Source: Eledone cirrhosa (taxonomy: Eukaryota). From it: 64,000 nt of DNA. This document shows, in pieces, positions 55,779 to 64,000 of the stretch; the first letter of the stretch is position 1; the number at the start of each line of letters is the position of its first letter. The DNA lies in NCBI GenBank assembly GCA_964016885.1, contig OZ024740.1, forward strand, positions 350,548,001 through 350,612,000. The letters are read 5' to 3'. A program made the position numbers and the translations under genes. The notes under the pieces were generated by a model. That model did no database searches. It saw only the letters and a program-made list of their open reading frames with translations, and was not told where the DNA came from.

Positions 55779-56448
55779 GTATATATTTTATATCATTAGA
55801 AAAAGGTTGTAAAAAAATATACATTTTAAAATATTTACTTAAAATTTTAAAGTTTGAATTTTATTATTTAATTTATTTGGTATATTTAAATATACACTTT
55901 TTTTTTTACATTATATTGAAAAATATACTTGCAGAATATATACCTATGCATATTGGTTTGAGCATACGCAACTTTATAAGACTTGCCAAAAGATGTGTAT
56001 GAAAGAGCCATTGTTGAAATCACGATTCCTTTGAAAGTGATTTACCTGCGAACATGTTTAATTACTCTCACTACACTATAAATATAACTAATTTAATCAT
56101 TTCAAATTTGAAACGGCGTTGATAAAAGTTGTAGGATTCGAAATGAATATGAGCCCAGAATGCGTTCAGTTTTTTTTTTCTTTTGTTTTTTTTGTAGCTG
56201 TCATTGAAACAGATCCCTAAATGCGAAAACGCAAGCAAGTGCCTCGCCGTTACAATACTATCCAACGCAACATAGGCAACCTGCAGATCAAGGAAATTGT
56301 TTTGATGAATCAACTGAAACCGCCCATCAATATCAGGCTGTAAAGATAAGCGGTTAAATGGCTCATTTTACCCGTCAAACCAATCTACCATTGCTGTTTG
56401 TTAAATATTTGTTTGACACTTTGTGGTGGAGATTTAAAATCCTTCACC

Positions 56449-56541
<93 letters not shown>

Positions 56542-56732
56542 ATATAGAAATAGGATATGTGTTCCTTCACGCACAAGGCGCTAAGGTACGCATGTATTGT
56601 CCAACCAAATGCCAGTGTGGTTCAATGGCAGGTTAATAAATTAACGAGCCAGAACAAATATAAACAAGGTTTAGCAAATAATGAAAAAGTTTCAAAATAA
56701 ATTTAAAAAAATCGACTTTACCTACTATAGTT

Positions 56733-56815
56733 ACCTTTACCGATCGGTTTCGAATCCCCAAAATAAACGGAGACCATACAGCCTTCGTTGCAAAGAAAGA
56801 TTCTCGTCAGAAGGT
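56733..56815 (-). ncRNA. Type I hammerhead ribozyme (family C), canonical core
   Basis: ACCTT-CTGACGA-GAATC-[42 nt]-GATTC-GAAA-CCGATCGG-TA-AAGGT. Confidence 0.87.
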
Positions 56816-57213
56816 TCTTTTCATTCAAAGAATATAAAATTCCTGAATTTAAGTTACGAACTAGCGCTATCAAAACTGTTCCTGGGATGAGAGTGGATGA
56901 TGTAGAAACAGGTTTATCAAGGGCCGAAGTAAAGATAGAGGCAGAAGGAGGTAGGTCAAACCAGCCGCAGCTATCACTAGCAGCAGTCGGAGCGACCAAA
57001 TTTGTTCTCAACTTAGAGGAGATAGTAGAAATAGGATATGTGTTCCTTCACGCACAAGGCGCTAAGGTACGCATGTATTGTCCAACCAAAGGCCAGTGTG
57101 GTTCATTGGCAGGTTAATAAATTAACGAGCCAGAACAAATATAAACAAGGTTTAGCAAATAATGAAAAAGTTTCAAAATAAATTTTAAAAAATTGACTTT
57201 ACCTACTATAGTT

Positions 57214-57296
57214 ACCTTTACCGATCGGTTTCGAATCCCAAAAATAAACGGAGACCATACAGCCTTCGTTGCAAAGAAAGATTCTCGTCAGAAGGT
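57214..57296 (-). ncRNA. Type I hammerhead ribozyme (family C), second unit
   Basis: As 56733-56815, offset 481. Confidence 0.87.
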
Positions 57297-57524
57297 TCTT
57301 TTCATTCAAAGAATATAAAATTCCTGAATTTAAATTACGAACTAGCGCTATCAAAACTGTTCCTGGGATGTATGGTCTCCGTTTATTTTTGGGATTCGAA
57401 ACCGATCGGTAAAGGTAACTATAGTAGGTAAAGTCAATTTTTTAAAATTTATTTTGAAACTTTTTCATTATTTGCTAAACCTTGTTTATATGTTTATATA
57501 TATAATATATGTATATATATATAT

Positions 57525-58905
57525 CATAATCTATAAAGCTCAGTGTGTGGTCATGCTCCTTTCTTATAGAAATCTACGATATAGAATTTCTTCAATTGAC
57601 ATTTATATTGCGTCTTGGCACATCTAATTTTTTCAATTTCACCCACAATTACGCAAAAAATAGATAAAACTCAATATTTTACGATTTTCCTCTGTCATTT
57701 AAACTGCTAAACTCTTTCCACTACCATTCAAAATCTATACATCTTCATACTCTCTGCTACTTTCTCTTTCCAAGCTTGATGGTGATACTGTCCGTTTTAC
57801 TCTCTCATATCATCTGACAACGTGCGTGATTGCCGAAGAGAGAGAGAAGAGAGTGAGAGGGAGAGAGATAGAGAACGTTTATTATTACATAGTAATGTAC
57901 TGGGTATTTGCTGGCCTTGTGCCAAAAAAGTAGAAACAATTATTACATTTCATACGAAACGACAATTATTCAAAAGCAACAGATACATTTATTCAACAAG
58001 CGATAAATCTTTTTTAAAACCTCATTTCCAAACGCATACAAACACACACTCACTTCAACAACAACAACAACAATCTGCCTTTTATAGATAATTGTTTCTA
58101 CTTTAGGCACAAGGCCAGCAATTACCAGTGCATTATAGATAATGATAAACAATAATATCCTCTATGAGGTCACTAAACCTGCTAGAAACAGCAGCTAACT
58201 CTCCCCCATACCACATTCCTCCCTACTGTCTTAAATTTAGAAAACACATATCCTCTATGAGGTTACTAAACCTGCTAGAAATAGCAGCTAACTCTCCCCC
58301 ATATCACACCCCTCCCTACTGTCTTAAATTTAGAAAACATATCTTCTATGAGGTCACTAAACCTGCTAGAAACAGCAGCTAACTCTCCCCCATATCACAC
58401 CACTCCCTACTGTCTTAAATTTAGAAAACACATATCCTCTATGAGGTTACTAAACCTGCTAGAAACAGCAGCTAACTCTCCCCCATATCACACCCCTCCT
58501 TACTGTCTTAAATTTAGAAAACATATCCTCTATGAGGTCACTAAACCTGCTAGAAACAACAGCTAACTCTCCCTCATATCACAACCCTCCCTACTGTCTT
58601 AAATTTAGAAAACACACGGACAACCATGCAGAACAACTCCATCGCAGCTCTGTTGTTCGGCTGGCATCGTCTACGTGCGTGTTGCGCAAGTACTGTGAAA
58701 CAATAAATTTCAATACTTTTTTGCACAGAGATAATATCCGTAGGCGAAACTACACTTGTCACTGCTGGCGCAGCTCCTGCTTCCAGGTCTGCAATTCATT
58801 CACCCAGTGCCTGGCAGACAAAAAAGTGCTGCCATAAAATGTGTGGTGCAACCTAACTTTGGTAACTTAATGACCCCGAGCAACGCCGGGCTTTAATGCT
58901 AGTAA
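57525..58905 (-). mobile_element. HINE-like element with nested SINE tails and minisatellite
   Basis: Minus-strand terminus ACTAGCATTAAAGCCCGGCGTTGCTCGGGG at 58876-58904. Left boundary uncertain. Confidence 0.5.
58155..58615. repeat. Minisatellite, 5 x ~92 bp
   Basis: CTATGAGGTCACTAAACCTGCTAGAAACAGCAGCTAACTCTCCCCC... with alternating variants (184-bp dimer period). Confidence 0.95.
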
Positions 58906-58911
58906 TATATA

Positions 58912-58999
<88 letters not shown>

Positions 59000-59425
59000 G
59001 AAAAGAGTCAAGAACTACACGGCTGAGGTCGGCCATTTCGACAGCTAGATCCGAACCAAGCTACCAGTTTCTTACCACACTGGTTTCTTGCCACCTGATT
59101 TCTTACCACACTTTATATATATACGTGCGTACGTATGAATGGATGTAAACTAAAATAGTAATATGTCTTAAACAAAATTATACATGAAAATACGCACATG
59201 ATATACGATATTCATTAACGTTTTCTAATATGAAACATGATTCTCATGACGCGCGGATGCATGAAATTACATAAACTAAATATTTTCACTTAGTTCAACT
59301 GGCCATAGAAATACTTTTAACTAAAATTATTGAATCTATATACGCTGCTATACAACAAGGGAAACCAAGATATATAATGTAAGGTTAGATTTTTATTAAG
59401 GTTAAATTATATTAGAGGTCTAGTC

Positions 59426-59511
<86 letters not shown>

Positions 59512-59707
59512 TAAAATAACAGATTAAAGTTTAAGCAAAGAATCGCTGCTTTCACCCTTAACGGGATCTTCTGAAACTTTAATCTGTTATTTTAATAAAT
59601 ATTTGCTCTACGGTTCTTATATATTTGATATATATTTATCCTTATCGAGCCCTCTTTGGATTTTAGTCTTCAAATTTATTATTATTACTATATATATATA
59701 TATATAA

Positions 59708-60536
59708 TATAATTGAATATAAAAGAAAAACGAACACAGATATATACATATATGTGTTCAAATCGTAAGGGACCAGATTCGCTATATATAGACAATAGAG
59801 TTTGCCAGACTCAATTTAAGAATAAATCAAGAACATAAATACAAACCGGAATTGTGGTAACTACCAATCACCCAGACAGCTTTGGTAATGCTGTTTCGCA
59901 AAATTAATTGTTAAGAGGAATACCAATTCTTGCTCATCAGTGGGTGAAGAATCAGTATCCTGGACACTTCTAAGTATATTAAAAAACTGAATAGTGTGCG
60001 TATATATAATAACGCACATGGTATCTGAACTTAGCGTGTCTCACAAACTCAGCCAGGTTTACTCTGGTCCCTTACGATTTGAACACATATATGTATATAT
60101 CTGTGTTCGTTTTTCTTTTATATTCAATTATAATATACGGCTCGGAAAAATCTCTTTCCTAGAGCTATCTTATTGTAAGAGACTATTTTGTGTTTCTAAC
60201 TCAATATATACCTTTGATATATTCGGCTCCGTTAATTTGTTGAGCTAATTGAATTGTCGAGTAAACCTGGCTGCTATTTTTAGTGGTGTGAGTTTGTGAG
60301 ACACGCTAATTTCAGATACCATGTGCGTTATTATATATACGCACACTATTCAGTTTTTTAATATACTTAGCAGCCAGGTTTACTCTGGTCCCTTACAATT
60401 TAAACACATATATGTATATATCTGTGTTCTTTTTTCTTTTATATTCATTTATAATATACGGCTCGAAAAAATCTCTTTCCTAGAGCTATTTTATTGTAAG
60501 AGACTATTTTGAGTTTCTAACTCAATATATACCTTT

Positions 60537-60542
<6 letters not shown>
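59708..60542. mobile_element. Rearranged hammerhead module (family G) with direct and inverted segments
   Basis: 59710-59778 is the reverse complement of 60063-60131; 59970-60050 is the reverse complement of 60289-60370; 60050-60221 is repeated at 60372-60541. Confidence 0.8.
59868..59947 (-). ncRNA. Canonical type I hammerhead ribozyme
   Basis: TCACCCA-CTGATGA-GCAAGAATTG...CAATTAATTTTGC-GAAA-CAGC-ATTACCAAA-GCTG-TC-TGGGTGA. All three stems intact. Confidence 0.9.
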
Positions 60543-60574
<32 letters not shown>

Positions 60575-60603
60575 TGTATATGTATGTACATATATACACA
60601 CAA

Positions 60604-61800
60604 AATGATGGAGCAGCCATTGGCATCAGCATAGCTGGTGACGTTGCCAACCTTTGGTATGGTGGGAAAGGGGACTCAAAGATCTCCTTGATGAGAGCTC
60701 CATAGAACGCATCATGTACTCTCGTTACCTAGACGACATTAATATAGTAATAAGGACACCCCCCACAAGAGAGTACTAACAAGTATTTACTTAGAATGTA
60801 GCACAATGGAAAGCATCCAGCAGATAGCTAATTCCATACACCAGAGTATAATTGTAACTATCGACTACCCTTCCAAACACCCTAACAATTGACTACCTGT
60901 ATTAGACAAAGAACCCTGGATTAACACTATAGACGAGAGGGCCCAAATTCTCCACTCACACTACGCTAAACCCATGGCCTCCAAATACCTGATACTCAAA
61001 AACTCAGCAATGTCCAGTAGAGCTAAGTGTAATATTCTGATCGCTGACTTGGTACGTGTGATGAAGAACGTGTCCCGCATGTACGACCCAACAGAAATGA
61101 AAAGACACATCCAAGAGACAGAATCAGAGTATACGAAGGAGCCACGGAGAAGTATAAGACCCTCATAGAACTGGACCTGAAAGGAATTTAGCCATTATAC
61201 AGGAGCAAATCATGGAATAGCTTAGATAGGACTAAACATAAGATAGGAAAAGCCACCTCATGGTACGACAACCAGAGATACCAGAGTGTCATGTTCGTGG
61301 ACGCTACCCCTGGAGGGAAATTAGCTAACCAGTGTAGAAAGGCCCTGAGAAAGACCCACTTAAAGATTAAGGTGGTAGAAAAGACAGGAACTACCATAAA
61401 ATCGCTGATCAGCAAAACATACCCTTTTAAGAAAACCCACTGTTCTAATAGGGAATGTATTATATGTAAAGTAAACCCCCGGATAAACTGTAAAACTAGA
61501 AACGTAGTCTATAGCATAAGATGTACAGAGGGTACTTGCAGAAACATGACAACAACATTCATAGGCGAAACAGCCCGAAGCATGGGAGAAAGGATAGACC
61601 AACACTGGGAGGAACTAAAAGGACGAAAAAACGGTTCAGTGTTATACGAACACGCCAGACAACAACATGACGGTAACATAGACAACATAGAAATTAAAAT
61701 AATATCTAAACATAGAAATGACCCAAAAGATAGGCAAATCAGAGAGGCAAGTGAAATAGAACTTAGAAGGCCAAAGCTAAACAGAAAAAAATGAATGGAA
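60604..61800 (+). pseudogene. Penelope-like element ORF remnant: reverse transcriptase + GIY-YIG endonuclease
   Basis: DGAAIGISIAGDVANL, MYSRYLDDI, TIDYPSKHPNN*LPVLD and HYAKPMAS. ORF 61291-61794 has NVVYSIRC...FIGETARSMGER...H...H...RQIREA...PKLNRK. Confidence 0.92.
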
Positions 61801-62355
61801 TAACAACAACACCCAAACAAACAATACTGACCTAAGAGAAATATAAATAAATAAATAAATATATACACAAGCACCATAACAACAAACACATATAAACACA
61901 CACTAGTAAACTAAGCTAGAATACAATAACCAAAACACAGTCACCCAAACGCGAACACACATCAAACACTATACATACACACGCAAACGCATGCGCAGAG
62001 ACGAAGACAAAAATAAATAAATAAATAAACAGATTAAATAAAGATGGCGTAGATATACAATACAACAGGAGGAACATAATAATAGCACCACTGACGATGT
62101 TGCAGATGTGCAACGAAAGAACTTTGTTAGACTATATATATGTGTTTGTGTCTATATTGTATCTGTATTTTTTAACCATTGGTCAGTCAATGATAACATT
62201 GAGGACCGTCGGTCAGTCAATGGTAAACATTGAGGACCGAATAAATTAACTGATATAAAAGATACAGAAGCGAAAACCAACCAAGCAGTGAGTGTGTTCT
62301 GTTATTAATTCTGGCAATATTATTACAACAATATGACCCTCCCCAAGTATAACAA
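61801..62355 (+). mobile_element. Penelope-like 3' UTR/pLTR with HHR-like core
   Basis: CTGACGA-T-GTTGCA-GATG-TGCAAC-GAAA at ~62091-62118. Matches 1-460; the extreme end also occurs at 15260-15283. Confidence 0.85.
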
Positions 62356-62362
62356 TATATAT

Positions 62363-62436
<74 letters not shown>

Positions 62437-64000
62437 GCCCACACATATATTCTAGATTCAAACAAATCCTATATACAATGCATTACAGGAATCTAGTACA
62501 TATTAACGTAGATGAACACTTCACAAACTCATAAAACATAAGACAAAATGCATTACACCAAACCATCATTTAAAGCCTATTATAAATTTTCAAAAAACAA
62601 AAATAAGTCTTCTGAATGATAACAATCCACAAACACGTCAACCTACAATGAATCTACTAATGATCAATTTGATTTATGAAATCAATTCAAACGTGAAATT
62701 CTAAACTTCGTGGCTCCAACTTTTATCTCAGTCATACAAGTACTATGTTCTCCCATCATTTTCTCATATACTTACAACGGGGCGCGATTGTAAATCATTA
62801 CTCAACACAATACAATTTGTGATGGTGGCTATATTTTTCTGAAGAATGTGTAATCATTACAAGCCATGCCAAGAGATATCTCTTGATCTCACCAAGGGCA
62901 GCAATTTCTATATGTATAAGCTCGATTCACTGGTTATGAGAGTTAATCGAGGTTTGGCTTTTTATACTATCGATATCAAACAGCATCTGTGTATTCCATA
63001 TGCTATTCCTGAGTGATATACTGTGTTTCTTGTTTTTACAACCTTATGGAGCGAGGGTTTCTGTCTAGGAACTGAATTGAGGGGCGTTTAATTTTTACGC
63101 CACATATTTGACCTGGCTGCGGTTAGCAGCCTGCTACAAATTATGACTACTCAGTTGTATAGATATCTACTAAGGCAATTCTCATTAAGTCCAATGACAG
63201 TTTATCTGAGCCTCTGGCGGGCAGAGTTCTGACTAGAAGCGTCTAACATATTCAAACCTGCTTCAATTGTTAGATTGCTCAACATCGCCATTTTACATTT
63301 GAAGATCAACGATCTAAGATGTACGTTGTAGTAGGAAATACCTGTACAATGGAGATTTACAGTGGCATTGGCGGGAAGGGGGGGGGGGGGGGGTGTTTCT
63401 CAAAATCACTTTATAGTGACATGAATAGATTCAGTGGGAAGAGAATTCGAATATAACTATTACCCCCTCCCCCCAGTTGTACGAGGCTGACAGACGTCCA
63501 CTTTCTTAGATACCACATTAAAACAGACCATCACAGTTTCATTTTCGGTCGGTGTGTACCCCCTTAACTTCTGACTTCCTTAACTGACTCACAAGTAGAA
63601 GAGCAGCGACTGATACGTCCGAGGCAACTGCACATTGTATTTCTGGTATTCCCAAATACTCTGAGAGGCATAACAGCAGTCAAATTAGCCGGGATGCGCT
63701 GGGCCCCCATTTACCGTATTTGGCTGTGTGTAGAACGTGTACTTTATAGGACGCCTCGCATACTACACACATTCCCGCTTTAACATAGTGGCTAGTGATC
63801 TGTATGGGAGAGGGTTACAATGGCTACTTCTCTGGACTCATCATATCACTCCTACGCATATATATGCACACACACACGCACACAGAAACACACACACACA
63901 CACACACGCACGCACACTGACACACATACACACATACACACACACTGACACACACACACACACACGCACACGCACACACACACACACACATACACACACA

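Larger units (their letters stand above)
56547..57492 (-). mobile_element. Family C 481-bp tandem array (~1.7 units) with inverted tail
   Basis: GAAATAGGATATGTGTTCC at 56547 and 57028. 57369-57492 is the reverse complement of ~57138-57261. (TA)n flanks. Confidence 0.9.

Noticed and set aside
58155-58615. Possible CRISPR-like array
   Set aside because: Whole units repeat with no unique spacers, there are no cas genes, and the context is eukaryotic.

Overview
AT-rich, repeat-saturated eukaryotic DNA, read by eye so boundaries are approximate. It is most likely a cephalopod (Octopus-like) intergenic or intronic region, inferred from the SINE families and dense (AT)n/(CA)n/(CT)n/(TACA)n microsatellites. 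Most ORFs in the track are microsatellite artefacts, and no intact host gene is evident; there are only a few weak candidate exons. The real coding remnants are all transposons: a Penelope-like element (RT + GIY-YIG, ~60.6-62.35 kb), two R4/Dong-like restriction-like-endonuclease (RLE) LINE copies (39.0-43.1 kb), and RTE, CR1 and mariner fragments. There are also many tRNA-derived SINEs, a 5S-derived SINE-like chimera and Helentron-type non-autonomous elements. The main hidden signal is about 20 type I hammerhead ribozyme (HHR) motifs from 10 or more unrelated short non-coding modules inserted in (TA)n tracts. They include tandem 591-bp and 481-bp retrozyme-like arrays with inverted tails. Three families carry a compensatory U3-A8 core (UUGAUAA), several have greatly expanded stem/loop II, and most have palindromic stem III, which suggests dimeric cleavage.
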